Shown one piece after another: positions 51,519 through 61,652 of a DNA stretch of 64,000 nt. The notes beneath the pieces were generated by a model. It ran no database searches. It was not told the origin of the DNA and saw only the letters and a list, made by a program, of their open reading frames with translations. This DNA is from Candidatus Marinacidobacterales bacterium (lineage in GTDB: Bacteria; Acidobacteriota; Vicinamibacteria; Marinacidobacterales; DATDRI01), in the NCBI GenBank assembly GCA_965226495.1, contig OZ245365.1, forward strand, positions 1,923,516 through 1,987,515. The letters run 5' to 3'. How positions within the stretch are numbered: the first letter of the stretch is position 1; every line of letters starts with the position of its first letter. Both the position numbers and the translations under genes were made by a program.

Positions 51519-52388
51519 ATGGCTCGGATCGTACGGGGCGGACTCATTCAAGCGTCTACACCTGGATCAGGGGCGGATCCAATCGAAAAGATCAAGAAGG
51601 CGATGGTGGAAAAACACCTTGGCCTCATCGATGAAGCGGCCGGCAAGGGAGTCCAAGTACTGTGTCTTCAAGAGCTCTTCTACGGGCCGTACTTTTGCGC
51701 GGAACAGAATTCGCGATGGTACGAGCTGGTGGAGCCCGTGCCCGGCGGTCCGGCTACCAAACTAATGCAGGAGCAGGCGAAAAAGCACGGCATGGTCATG
51801 GTGGTTCCCGTCTACGAGGAGCATATGCCCGGTGTCTACTACAACACCGCCGCGGTCATCGACGCCGATGGCAAGTACCTCGGAAAATACAGGAAGCACC
51901 ACATCCCGCACTGCGAACCCGGTTTCTGGGAGAAGTTCTACTTCAAGCCGGGCAACTTGGGCTATCCGGTTTTCGAAACGGCATTTGCCAAGGTCGGCGT
52001 TTACATTTGCTACGATCGCCATTTCCCTGAGGGGGCTCGCATCCTGGGCCTAAACGGGGCGGAGATCGTTTTCAATCCTTCCGCTACAGTGGCCGGGCTA
52101 TCGGAGCATTTGTGGCGACTCGAACAACCTGCCCATGCTGCCGCCAATCAGTATTGGATCGGCGCGATCAACCGCGTGGGTCACGAGCAACCATGGGACA
52201 TTGGCGAATTCTACGGCTCTAGCTACTTCTGCGACCCGCGAGGGCAAATCGTCACCGAAGGAAGCCGCGACAAGGACGAGGTGGTAGTCGCCGATCTCGA
52301 CTTGGACAGGATCGCGGAAGTTCGGCACACCTGGCAGTTCTTCCGGGATCGTCGTCCTGAAACTTACAACGAGATGACGCAGGTGTAA
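51519..52388 (+). CDS. Carbon-nitrogen hydrolase (beta-ureidopropionase / N-carbamoyl-amine amidase-like)
   Basis: Nitrilase-superfamily E-K-C triad context (LCLQELF, ICYDRHFPE). Confidence 0.8.
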   Translation: MARIVRGGLIQASTPGSGADPIEKIKKAMVEKHLGLIDEAAGKGVQVLCLQELFYGPYFCAEQNSRWYELVEPVPGGPATKLMQEQAKKHGMVMVVPVYEEHMPGVYYNTAAVIDADGKYLGKYRKHHIPHCEPGFWEKFYFKPGNLGYPVFETAFAKVGVYICYDRHFPEGARILGLNGAEIVFNPSATVAGLSEHLWRLEQPAHAAANQYWIGAINRVGHEQPWDIGEFYGSSYFCDPRGQIVTEGSRDKDEVVVADLDLDRIAEVRHTWQFFRDRRPETYNEMTQV

Positions 52389-52389
52389 C

Positions 52390-53709
52390 ATGAGTACTCC
52401 TACGAAGCGGGTTCCCGCCGGCCGCATGACCGGCGAAGAGATCGTCTCCAAGCACCGGCAATACATTTTTCCTTCCGTCGCCAACTACTACTCGAACCCT
52501 TTGCCCTTCGTCAGAGGCGAGGGAAAGCACTTGTACGATGCCGACGGGCGAGAGTATCTAGATTTCTTTGGCGGAATCCTGACCGTGAGCCTCGGGCATT
52601 GCCACCCGGAGGTCAACGCCCAGGTCAAGGAACAAGTGGATACTTTGCAACACGCTTCCACCCTCTACCCCACTGAGCCCATGGTGGCGGTGGCGGAAAA
52701 GCTGGCCCAAATAACTCCCGGGGATCTGCAACAAAGCGTCTTCACCAACTCGGGGACGGAGGCCAACGAGACCGCCCTCTTGCTGGCTCAGCTCTATACA
52801 GGTTCGGGTGAGGTCGTGGCCTTGCGGCATAGCTATAGCGGGCGCTCCTCCCTCGCTATGTCGGTGACGGGGCAGTCGAGTTGGCGGCTGGGGGGGACCC
52901 ACGTTGCCGGGATCAAGCACGTGGCCAATGCTTACTGCTATCGCTGCCCGTTCGGGTTGACCTACCCCAGCTGCGAGCTGCGCTGTGCGACGGACGTGGA
53001 AGAAGCGATCCAGACAACGACGTCGGGCAAGGTGGCCGCGTTCATCGCCGAACCCATCCAAGGTGTTGGAGGTTTCATCACACCGCCGCCCGAGTATTTC
53101 AAGATCGTCGTCGATATCGTTCGCAAGTACGGCGGGGTGTTCATTTGCGACGAGGTGCAGACTGGCTGGGGCCGGACCGGCGATCACTGGTTCGGCATCG
53201 AGCATTGGGGAGTCGAGCCAGAGATCATGACGTTCGCCAAGGGTATGGCGAACGGTGCACCCATCGGCGCTACGATCACCACGCCGGAGATCGCGGATAG
53301 TATCAAGGGAAGCACTATCTCCACTTTTGGTGGCAACCCCGTCAGCATGAGCGCGGCGCGCGCCGTCATCGACATCATCGAGAGAGACAATCTCAAGGAA
53401 AACGCGCGCGTGGTCGGCGATCACCTCCGTCAGGGTTTGGAGGCCCTCGCCGGTAAGTACCCCGTGATCGGCGATGTTCGCGGCAAGGGTTTGATGCAGG
53501 CTCTAGAACTGGTCGGTGAAGGGAAGGCTCCTGCCCCTCGAGCTACGGCCGCCCTTCTCGAGAACACGCGGGTGGAGGGTCTGATCATCGGGAAGGGTGG
53601 ACTCTACGGGAACGTGATTCGCATCAGCCCTGCCCTCAACGTGACCAAAGGGGATGTGGACGAGGCGCTGCGAATGTTAGACGCAGCGCTCGCAAACGTG
53701 CGTCCCTAG
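52390..53709 (+). CDS. Class III (omega) aminotransferase
   Basis: AT-III motifs, PLP lysine in TFAKGMANG. Confidence 0.85.
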   Translation: MSTPTKRVPAGRMTGEEIVSKHRQYIFPSVANYYSNPLPFVRGEGKHLYDADGREYLDFFGGILTVSLGHCHPEVNAQVKEQVDTLQHASTLYPTEPMVAVAEKLAQITPGDLQQSVFTNSGTEANETALLLAQLYTGSGEVVALRHSYSGRSSLAMSVTGQSSWRLGGTHVAGIKHVANAYCYRCPFGLTYPSCELRCATDVEEAIQTTTSGKVAAFIAEPIQGVGGFITPPPEYFKIVVDIVRKYGGVFICDEVQTGWGRTGDHWFGIEHWGVEPEIMTFAKGMANGAPIGATITTPEIADSIKGSTISTFGGNPVSMSAARAVIDIIERDNLKENARVVGDHLRQGLEALAGKYPVIGDVRGKGLMQALELVGEGKAPAPRATAALLENTRVEGLIIGKGGLYGNVIRISPALNVTKGDVDEALRMLDAALANVRP

Positions 53710-53718
53710 GGATCGCTA

Positions 53719-54723
53719 TCACTGGAAGCTAGGAACAACGTCGTTCGCATAATGTTCCAGCTGGCGCTCTTCATCTCCGCTCATTAGATAGAGGTTGAAC
53801 TGATCGACGCCCGCCTCTATCAGTTCCTCGAGTTTTTGCCGATGCGCCTCGGCAGAACCCACGATGGTGAAGCGGTCGACGATCTCGTCGGTGATGAAGC
53901 CTAAGTGGTCGGCGTCCTTATCGGCGTGCTCTTGATAGTCGTATCCCTTCCGTCCTTCGATGTAGTCCGTGAGCTCTTTCGGCAGCTCGCCCTCATGGTA
54001 CCGTTCGACGAGATCTGCGACGTGGTTTCCGACCATGGCCGGGAACCACCGAACTTGGGCTCGGGCTTTCGCGAGGTCGTCTTCGATCCACACCGGCGCC
54101 GCTGCTAGGACTTTGACGTCCTTGGTCTTTCTCCCGCTCCTCTGAGCGCTCTCTCGAGCGACGCCGGTGAACCAGCGAATGAGAAACGGGTCCGCGATCT
54201 GGAGGATTAAGCCCTCCGCGACTTCTCCGGTCATGGCGAGCACCTTTGGCCCGTAACCAGCCACCCAAACCGGAAGATTCCCGGAAGCCCACTTGAGCTG
54301 GACCGGCTGACCGTTGTGCACGACCTCTTGGCCGGATGAGAGGTCGCGGATCACTTGAACCGCTGTCCTCAGGCCGGCTACCGTCGTGGGGCGTTGTCCC
54401 AGAACTCGCCGCGAGCTATCGCCGCGACCGATGCCCATATCCATTCGGCCCCCGGAGATGATGTTCAGGGTGGCAAACAGGCTCGCGGTCACGGTGAGGT
54501 CTCGGACCGCCGGATTGGTCACCATCGTTCCGAGTCGGACCTTGCGGGTGTTGGCGGCCAGCAGAGCCAACATCGGGTAAGGCTCTTTCCAGAGGACGTG
54601 CGAATCGAAAGTCCACACGTACTTGAAACCGGCATCCTCGGCCATCTTGGTCAGAGCGACCGTCCGCTCCGGCGACATGTCGCCCTTGAAGGTGATTCCA
54701 AAGTCCAGCCGTCGCTTGGTCAT
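53719..54723 (-). CDS. Luciferase-like monooxygenase family oxidoreductase (F420/flavin-dependent)
   Basis: LLM TIM-barrel N-terminal pattern. Confidence 0.75.
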   Translation of the reverse strand: MTKRRLDFGITFKGDMSPERTVALTKMAEDAGFKYVWTFDSHVLWKEPYPMLALLAANTRKVRLGTMVTNPAVRDLTVTASLFATLNIISGGRMDMGIGRGDSSRRVLGQRPTTVAGLRTAVQVIRDLSSGQEVVHNGQPVQLKWASGNLPVWVAGYGPKVLAMTGEVAEGLILQIADPFLIRWFTGVARESAQRSGRKTKDVKVLAAAPVWIEDDLAKARAQVRWFPAMVGNHVADLVERYHEGELPKELTDYIEGRKGYDYQEHADKDADHLGFITDEIVDRFTIVGSAEAHRQKLEELIEAGVDQFNLYLMSGDEERQLEHYANDVVPSFQ

Positions 54724-54911
54724 ACCGACCTCTTTTGAAAGCGCTTGTCCACTGTGCCGCTCTCGCGAGAAGCCCGTGCGGGAGAAGCCCGTGCGGGCCG
54801 TGATGAGGCTTCAGTCTTTCTCAACTCGGCTGGTAGGTCAACAGCGTCTTGTTGACAACCTGCGAAACCATTCCTTATCATCCGCTCCATATCTCGTTCC
54901 CGAAACTGAAA

Positions 54912-56393
54912 ATGCAAGAGTCTCTCCTAAAGATGTCTCGAAGCCGAGGAGGGCTCTACGAGCTCAACGTCGACTCCTTGGAGCCACGGCTCTACAACAG
55001 AGATCTGGCGCCCACCAAGGTCGCCGAGCGAGGGTGGGGTACGTACGACGTAGCCGCCTTGTGGGTCGGCCTTTCAGTGAACATACCGACTTACATGCTT
55101 GCCGCTGCGCTTATCGAAGGGGGCATGAATTGGTGGCAGGCGATCCTTACCATCACTTTAGGCAATCTCATCGTCTTGGTACCCATGATCTTGAACGCGC
55201 ACGCCGGGACCAAGTTTGGGATTCCTTTCCCGGTTCTGGCGCGGGTCTCGTTCGGAGTTCTCGGGTCGAATATACCGGCTCTCCTTCGTTCCTTCGTAGC
55301 CTGCGGTTGGTTTGGGATTCAAACCTGGATCGGGGGTTCCGCCATCAATGCGACGATGAACATTGTGTGGCCCGCTTGGTCGAGCTTCGCATTCGGCCCG
55401 GCGGTCTGTTTCATGGTTTTCTGGCTCATCAATATTTGTGTGATCGTCCGTGGACCGGAGAGCATTCGGAAGTTGGAGGGTTGGGCCGCCCCCTTTTTGA
55501 TCGTCGCCGGACTGGCGCTCCTGTTTTGGGCGATGTCGCGGGCCGGCGGGCTGGGTCCGATGCTGGCTCGCCCCAGCAGCTTTCAGTCGTCCGCCGAGTT
55601 CTTTCGATTCTTCATTCCCTCGCTCACCGCGATGGTGGGCTTCTGGGCGACGCTAGCTCTCAACATCCCGGACTTGACGCGATTCGCCCGGGGGCAGAAG
55701 GAGCAAATGCTGGGACAGGCATTGGGGCTTCCGCCTACCATGGCTCTCTTTGCGTTCATCGGAGTCGCCGTCACCTCGGCCACCGTCCTCATTTTCGGCG
55801 AAGCGATATGGGATCCGGTGGAACTAATTTCACGGTTGGGGAACCCGTTCGTGGTTGCGGTGGCGATGGTCGCGCTGGCGGTGGCTACGCTTTCCACGAA
55901 CGTGGCAGCGAACGTCGTCGCGCCGGCGAACGGATTCGCCAATTTATGGCCGGAAAAAATGACTTTCGCTCGCGGGGGGATTCTGACTGGCGTCATAGGC
56001 ATCGTGATGATGCCCTGGAAGCTTCTGGCCGACTATGGCACTTACATCTTCGGCTGGCTGGTGGGCTATTCCGGTTTCCTCGGCCCCATCGCAGGCATCT
56101 TCATCGTGGACTATTTCTTGATCCGAAAGCAGAACCTCTCCCTCTACGATCTCTATCGCCGCGGTGGGCTGTACGAGTATGAACACGGTTTCAATTGGAG
56201 GGCGGTGGGTGCGCTGGTCGCAGGGATCCTGGCGGCGCTGGTGGGACTGGTTTTTCCAGTTCTGCGAGTGCTCTACGACTATTCGTGGTTCGTTGGCTTC
56301 GGCGTGGCCGCGGTCGTCTATTACCTGTCCATGCCAGCCGTGCCGCAGCTCGATCTCTCTGTGGTGCCCCTGAGAACCGAGGACGAAAGGTGA
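54912..56393 (+). CDS. NCS1-family nucleobase:cation symporter (cytosine/uracil/hydantoin/allantoin permease-like)
   Basis: 12-TM NCS1 topology and N-terminal region typical of CodB/PucI-like permeases. Confidence 0.8.
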   Translation: MQESLLKMSRSRGGLYELNVDSLEPRLYNRDLAPTKVAERGWGTYDVAALWVGLSVNIPTYMLAAALIEGGMNWWQAILTITLGNLIVLVPMILNAHAGTKFGIPFPVLARVSFGVLGSNIPALLRSFVACGWFGIQTWIGGSAINATMNIVWPAWSSFAFGPAVCFMVFWLINICVIVRGPESIRKLEGWAAPFLIVAGLALLFWAMSRAGGLGPMLARPSSFQSSAEFFRFFIPSLTAMVGFWATLALNIPDLTRFARGQKEQMLGQALGLPPTMALFAFIGVAVTSATVLIFGEAIWDPVELISRLGNPFVVAVAMVALAVATLSTNVAANVVAPANGFANLWPEKMTFARGGILTGVIGIVMMPWKLLADYGTYIFGWLVGYSGFLGPIAGIFIVDYFLIRKQNLSLYDLYRRGGLYEYEHGFNWRAVGALVAGILAALVGLVFPVLRVLYDYSWFVGFGVAAVVYYLSMPAVPQLDLSVVPLRTEDER

Positions 56394-57580
56394 GCGCTCC
56401 GCTGTCAGGGATCACGATTCTAGACCTCTCGCGTATTTTAGCGGGTCCTTACTGCACGATGGTCCTCGGGGATCTGGGTGCAGAGGTGTTAAAGGTCGAG
56501 CCTCCATACGGCGACGATTCTCGCGGTTGGGGGCCGCCGTTCGTCGAAGGGGAAAGTGCGTATTTCCTTGCCGTCAATCGAAACAAAAGGAGCATTTGTA
56601 TCAATCTGAAGCGAGCCAGCGGCCGTGACCTCTTGCATCGGCTTGCCGGCAAGGCGGACGTCCTGGTGGAGAACTTCCGGCCCGGAACACTAGACCGTCT
56701 GGGCTTCAGCTACGAGACGATCCGAGCGACTCGCCCGGAGATCATCTATTGCTCGATCTCCGGTTACGGGCACAGCGGACGTCTCAAGCAGCGGCCTGGT
56801 TACGATGCGGTCATGCAGGGAGAAGGCGGGTGGATGAGCTTGACTGGCGAACCCGACGGTCCACCCCTGAAGCTGGGAGCCTCTTTGGCCGATATCTTCA
56901 CCGGGACGATGGCGACGCAAGGAATCCTCGCCGCCCTTCACCAACGCAATACCACCGGGAAGGGACAGAAAATAGATGTCGCCCTGTTCGACAGCGTCTT
57001 GGCGACGCTTTGCTACCAGGCGCAGGGCTATCTCCTCACTGGCGAAAGTCCAGAGCGCTTAGGAAATAGGCATCCCTCCTTGTCTCCATACGAAACGTTC
57101 GAGACCTCCGATGGCTATGTGATAGTCGGTGTGGGTAACGACGCGCTCTGGCGTTCATTCTGTCGCGCGGTCGGAAGGCCCGATCTCGACGAGCCAGGTT
57201 TCGAGACCAACGCGCTTCGGGTCGAAAATTATGTCGAGCTCAAAAAACTCCTGGTGCCGATGTTCCTGAGTGGCTCCACCCAACATTGGTTGGACGTGCT
57301 CGAGCCCGCGGAAATACCGGTGGGACGGGTGCGTTCGGTGCCAGAGGCTTTGTCCAATCCGCAAGCGGTCGATCGGCAGATGCTAATCGAGGTAGAGCAC
57401 CCCACCATTGGCCGAATGAGGATGACTGGCAACCCCATCAAAATGTCTGGCCTTCCGGACGTCCCCGCGCTTCCTCCTCCCCGGTTGGGACAACATACGG
57501 AGGAAGTGTTGTCGGAGAAACTAAACCTCAGCTCAGAGGAAATCGAAGCCCTTCGTGGGGAGGGTGCGCTGGGCTCGTGA
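56390..57580 (+). CDS. CoA-transferase family III (CaiB/BaiF)
   Basis: GITILDLSRILAGPYCTMVLGDLGAEV N-terminus. GTG start overlaps the NCS1 stop. Confidence 0.85.
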   Translation: MSAPLSGITILDLSRILAGPYCTMVLGDLGAEVLKVEPPYGDDSRGWGPPFVEGESAYFLAVNRNKRSICINLKRASGRDLLHRLAGKADVLVENFRPGTLDRLGFSYETIRATRPEIIYCSISGYGHSGRLKQRPGYDAVMQGEGGWMSLTGEPDGPPLKLGASLADIFTGTMATQGILAALHQRNTTGKGQKIDVALFDSVLATLCYQAQGYLLTGESPERLGNRHPSLSPYETFETSDGYVIVGVGNDALWRSFCRAVGRPDLDEPGFETNALRVENYVELKKLLVPMFLSGSTQHWLDVLEPAEIPVGRVRSVPEALSNPQAVDRQMLIEVEHPTIGRMRMTGNPIKMSGLPDVPALPPPRLGQHTEEVLSEKLNLSSEEIEALRGEGALGS

Positions 57581-58911
57581 TTCTCAACAACGCCAACGTC
57601 GTTACGTTCTGGGACTCTGAACCGTTCCTCAAAGGTGCGTTGGTCGCCATCGAGGGGAAGGTCATCGTCGATTTCGGCAGCGTGGGTAAGTTGGCCGACC
57701 GATACGACGACGCCGACACTCTCGACGTGGGCGGCCGGATCGTTATGCCCGGACTCATCAACGCGCACACTCATTTGGGCAGAACTTTGACACGGGGGAT
57801 GCCAATCAAAGGGGAAACACCGCGGACCTTTCAAGAGATGCAAGAAGCGCTTTGCTGGAAACCGGATCGGGCTTTGAGCGAGGAGGACGTCTATCTAGGT
57901 ACGTTGATAGGGCTGCTGGACTCCGTCCGCGCCGGAGTCACCACTGTAATCGATCACCACTCCAGTCCGGCGGTGGTCCCCGGTTGCCTCGATTCCGTTT
58001 GGAAGGCGTTCTCCGAAGTCGGAGTTCGGGGAGCACTCTCATATGCCGTTTCCGATCGGGACGGCTCTAGGGTGAGTCAGGCCGGAATCGACGAGAACCG
58101 CCGATTCATCGAGCGGTGCAAGGCGGAGGGCTCGGAAATGATGAGCGGATTGTTCGGGCTGGAGGCGTCTCATGCTGTCTCCCAACGGACTCTCGAGCAG
58201 GCCGTCGCTGCACACCGCGAGGTCGGCGGCGGTTTCCATGTACACGTAGCGGAGGATCGTGGCGATCTCGAGGCCACGCGTCGGGAGTACGGAGCGACAC
58301 CGGTCGCGCGCCTGGCTGCTGCCGGCGTTCTGAACAAAGGAAGCCTGGCCGTCCACTGTGTTCACCTGGAAGACTCCGACTATCGTGAGCTAAAGGTGCG
58401 CGGTGTGCGCGCCGTGGTTTGCCCTCAGTCGAACGCGGCATCGGGTGTCGCCGCGGAAGGCACCGCCGATCTGGCCCGCCTTCGGGGCGCCGGTGTTTCG
58501 ACCGTGCTCGGCACGGACGGAGTGACCGCCAGCGTGTTCGAGGAGTTCAGAGCGGCGGCGCTCATTCAGCGAGTGATGGGACTTCCTTCTTCGAGAGCGA
58601 AGAGGGAGGCGTTTCAGGCCACGTTCTCGGGCAACGGGTTACTGGCGGCCGAGCTCTTCGGGACGACACTCGGAAAGATCAAGCCTGGGGCCCGGGCCGA
58701 CCTCGTGGTGTTGGATCATCAACCGGCAACGCCTCTCACGGTTGAGAATTTCGCGGACCACTTTTTTTTCGGCATGAGCCGAGCGCCGGTCTACGCCGTC
58801 GTTATCAACGGCAGGCTCGTTTTCAAGCAAGGCGTATTTCTCAACCTCGACGAGTCGCGGATTCGGGGCCGGGCCCGTCGAGCCGCCGAAGCCTTGTGGA
58901 AACGCACGTGA
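57577..58911 (+). CDS. Amidohydrolase of the chlorohydrolase/cytosine-guanine deaminase (SsnA/TRZ-ATZ) family
   Basis: PGLINAHTHL metal-binding motif. GTG start overlaps the CoA-transferase stop. Confidence 0.8.
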   Translation: MILNNANVVTFWDSEPFLKGALVAIEGKVIVDFGSVGKLADRYDDADTLDVGGRIVMPGLINAHTHLGRTLTRGMPIKGETPRTFQEMQEALCWKPDRALSEEDVYLGTLIGLLDSVRAGVTTVIDHHSSPAVVPGCLDSVWKAFSEVGVRGALSYAVSDRDGSRVSQAGIDENRRFIERCKAEGSEMMSGLFGLEASHAVSQRTLEQAVAAHREVGGGFHVHVAEDRGDLEATRREYGATPVARLAAAGVLNKGSLAVHCVHLEDSDYRELKVRGVRAVVCPQSNAASGVAAEGTADLARLRGAGVSTVLGTDGVTASVFEEFRAAALIQRVMGLPSSRAKREAFQATFSGNGLLAAELFGTTLGKIKPGARADLVVLDHQPATPLTVENFADHFFFGMSRAPVYAVVINGRLVFKQGVFLNLDESRIRGRARRAAEALWKRT

Positions 58912-58915
58912 ATAG

Positions 58916-59010
58916 AGGTGCCTTTCTCCGTTAATCCCTCTCCCTTTGGGAGAGGGCCTGGGTGAGGGCGAGAGGTGCCTTTCTCCGTTAATCCCGCTCC
59001 CCGCTGCGGA
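58916..59010. repeat. Intergenic repeat block: 23-bp direct repeat x2 flanking an inverted copy of the small palindromic element, plus a second hairpin
   Basis: AGGTGCCTTTCTCCGTTAATCCC at 58916 and 58973. CCCTCTCCCTTTGGGAGAGGG hairpin at 58936-58956. CTCCCCGCTGCGGAG hairpin at 58997-59011. Confidence 0.7.
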
Positions 59011-59153
59011 GATTCCGGGCGTCAAAAGATGGCGTGCCGCTATCAGTCGAGCCAGACGGGCTTGCGTACGCTGTTGGCCGTCAAAATACGCTGTGCCAAA
59101 GAAAAATGTGGCCAGACGGCGGGTGAGGGCGCGGTGTTGTTGGGAGACGCGGG

Positions 59154-59675
59154 CTACAACTCAGTAACGGTGACGACGATCTGAGCCGTCCAGCCATCGG
59201 GATCGTTGCCGTTGTTTCTTCCGTCGTGGGGCCAGTCCCGTCCCGCGCCGTTACGGCCGTCGATGGACCAGCCATCGTTATCGGCGTCGTTCAAGTAACG
59301 CCTGAGTCGTCCTGTGGTGTCATCGAACGCCGCGCGATAGTCCGCGTCCGTAAACTGGTCGTTCACGCGATCGATGGCGGCTTGAAGAGCCACTCGAGCC
59401 GCTTCGTTATTCAAGTTCGTCGCGCCGACGGAGTTGCTCAGGTTGTCGACTCCCAACAGTATTTGGCCGATGCGGGCATCGGTCGTAGTACCTCGACTCC
59501 ACAGCGCGTCAGAGTCCGAGTTCCGGTAGACTGTGATCAGGGTGGTAATCTCGAACTGCGGTGCGGTCGAGGTCGGGGGCGGAGTCGTTGGGCTCGGACT
59601 CGTTGGACTGCTGTCGCTACCACAAGCAGCAAGTATGGCAACGGCGAGCAACGGGAGGATGGTGTGGATTCTCAT
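59154..59675 (-). CDS. Lipoprotein, hypothetical
   Basis: Signal peptide with lipobox (LAACGS), Pro/Thr/Ser-rich linker. Confidence 0.5.
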   Translation of the reverse strand: MRIHTILPLLAVAILAACGSDSSPTSPSPTTPPPTSTAPQFEITTLITVYRNSDSDALWSRGTTTDARIGQILLGVDNLSNSVGATNLNNEAARVALQAAIDRVNDQFTDADYRAAFDDTTGRLRRYLNDADNDGWSIDGRNGAGRDWPHDGRNNGNDPDGWTAQIVVTVTEL

Positions 59676-59761
59676 GGTGTCTAGCCTCATGTCAAAGAAG
59701 AAAGCTTAGCAACGGACAGAGGTTCTGTCAAAGTGAGATGTTAAATAGAGGAGGACAGCGA

Positions 59762-60046
59762 ATGGCGAAAGCGATGTGGAACGGCAAGGTCGTTGCCGAG
59801 TCGGACAAGACGGAAGTGGTCGAGGGGAATCAATACTTTCCTCCTGACTCTGTCAAAAAGGAATACCTGCAACCCAGCGATAAGGAAACCGTCTGTCCGT
59901 GGAAGGGGACGGCGAGTTATTACAATGTCGTGGTCGATGGGAACGTGAACGAGAATGCCGCTTGGTGTTACGCCAAGCCTAGGGATGCCGCGAAGCGGTT
60001 CAAGGACTATGTGGCTTTTTGGAACGGCATCGAAGTAGAAACCTAG
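59762..60046 (+). CDS. DUF427-domain protein
   Basis: Typical DUF427 N-terminus (MWNGKVVAESD..VEGNQYFP), ~95 aa. RBS GGAGGA. Confidence 0.7.
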   Translation: MAKAMWNGKVVAESDKTEVVEGNQYFPPDSVKKEYLQPSDKETVCPWKGTASYYNVVVDGNVNENAAWCYAKPRDAAKRFKDYVAFWNGIEVET

Positions 60047-61527
60047 GAAGCCCCCCCGGACATCAATTTCTCTATACCATCGGCCGATCGGGGCAACTCT
60101 TTGGTAAACACCTCGTGACCGTCATTGGTGATCAGGACGACTTCTTCCACCGTAATGCGCCAACCCTTGTCGGGGATATAGAGATGCAATTCGTAGGACA
60201 TGACCTGTCCTGGACGAAGAGGAGAAGTGTAGTCCTCGTGAATATGCATGTTCATCCCCAAGTAGTGCCCCGAACGGCGTTTTCCGACCCGCTCGGCGAA
60301 CCGTTCGGCGGGTCCGCGCAGCCAATCGGGTAGGCCGTCCAATCGCTCTTTCATGGTCTGGGCAGCCATCTCGCCAGCGCGCATGAACGGTACGCCGGGG
60401 CCCAGCGCCTCGAGTCCAGCCTCGTATGCGGCGAGGTAGGTTTCGTAGGCCAAGCGCTGTTCGGGGTTGAACCGACCGGAGACCGGCACCGTCCTCGCCA
60501 GATCGGAGACGTAATAGTTGACCTCGGCGCTGTGGTCGACCATCACCAGCTCCCCCGCCTCCATCGTTCGGTTCTCCAGATCGTAGGAACCGAAAATATC
60601 GATGAAGCCGCGCATGGAATTCGGACCCGACTGGATGTCGGCGCTATACGCCGTGAACTGAGCCCCCGCGCGTTTGAATGCGAGTTCGATCTCGGCCGCC
60701 ACTTCGCGCTCATCGACGCCCGGAGCGACGGTCGCGATGCCCGCCATAATCCCTCGTGTAGATATTTGCGCGGCCCGTCGCAGCGCGGCGATCTCCTCGT
60801 CGTCCTTCACCCGTCGCATGTCCTCCGTGATCGGCAAGATGGAGCGGACGTCGGCCTTGGGAAATCGCTTCTCGAAAGCCTCCACGATCGCGTCCTCGCG
60901 ATACGAGCCGTGCTCACCGCCCGGAAGGAATGAAGGGAAAGGAGCTTGGACTCCAAACGACGCCTGCCTGGAAACGGAATCGTGACTTCTCGCGACCATA
61001 TAGACCGGGTCTGCCCCAATCGCGTTGTCGAGATCCGTCTCGAATCGCTCCATGGGAATCGGCTCACCCAGACCGAGCCGCGTGAGTTCCGCCGCGACTT
61101 TGTCCGTGACTCGCGGGACGTAGACGCGTGTCATCGCGCTCTTCGGCGTCAAGACGATCGCCACACCCGGCATGCTCAGGCCGGTGAGATAGAAAAGGTT
61201 TTCCTCTTGCCGGAAACCCTGCACGCGGAAATAGGAATTGTGTCGGTGTTCGTCCCACGCATCGATGACGCCCTTTTCGCCGAAGAGAACAACGACCCCC
61301 CCGGGAATGCTCTCCGCCAGTCGCGTGCGGCGCGCCGCAAAAGTCGAGGGAGAGAAGACATCGGCATGTGTAAGGAATTTGCCGGAGGAGACTTGGTTGG
61401 TCCCTTGCTCGTCAGCGCCGACGGTGGCCGTCAGCTCTGACCCTTGCTGGCAGCCCCCGCTGAGAAAGACGGAAAGGGTGAAAAAGACGAAGGAGGAGAA
61501 AAGGAACATCAGTTTGTAGAGGTTCAT
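60043..61527 (-). CDS. Secreted M24-family Xaa-Pro aminopeptidase
   Basis: Signal peptide/lipobox (LSGGC), creatinase-type N-terminal domain, pita-bread metal ligands (..HYLGMNMHIHE..). Confidence 0.8.
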   Translation of the reverse strand: MNLYKLMFLFSSFVFFTLSVFLSGGCQQGSELTATVGADEQGTNQVSSGKFLTHADVFSPSTFAARRTRLAESIPGGVVVLFGEKGVIDAWDEHRHNSYFRVQGFRQEENLFYLTGLSMPGVAIVLTPKSAMTRVYVPRVTDKVAAELTRLGLGEPIPMERFETDLDNAIGADPVYMVARSHDSVSRQASFGVQAPFPSFLPGGEHGSYREDAIVEAFEKRFPKADVRSILPITEDMRRVKDDEEIAALRRAAQISTRGIMAGIATVAPGVDEREVAAEIELAFKRAGAQFTAYSADIQSGPNSMRGFIDIFGSYDLENRTMEAGELVMVDHSAEVNYYVSDLARTVPVSGRFNPEQRLAYETYLAAYEAGLEALGPGVPFMRAGEMAAQTMKERLDGLPDWLRGPAERFAERVGKRRSGHYLGMNMHIHEDYTSPLRPGQVMSYELHLYIPDKGWRITVEEVVLITNDGHEVFTKELPRSADGIEKLMSGGAS

Positions 61528-61652
61528 CAGAATCTCCTTTGGCTCCGAAGCCACGCCGAAGGAGCCTACCCCTGCCAATCGTGGGTGTCAAAATCTTCAG
61601 TCTGAGAACTGGGTGCGGGCATGGAGAACCTTTCCAGGATCGGCGAGTGCCA

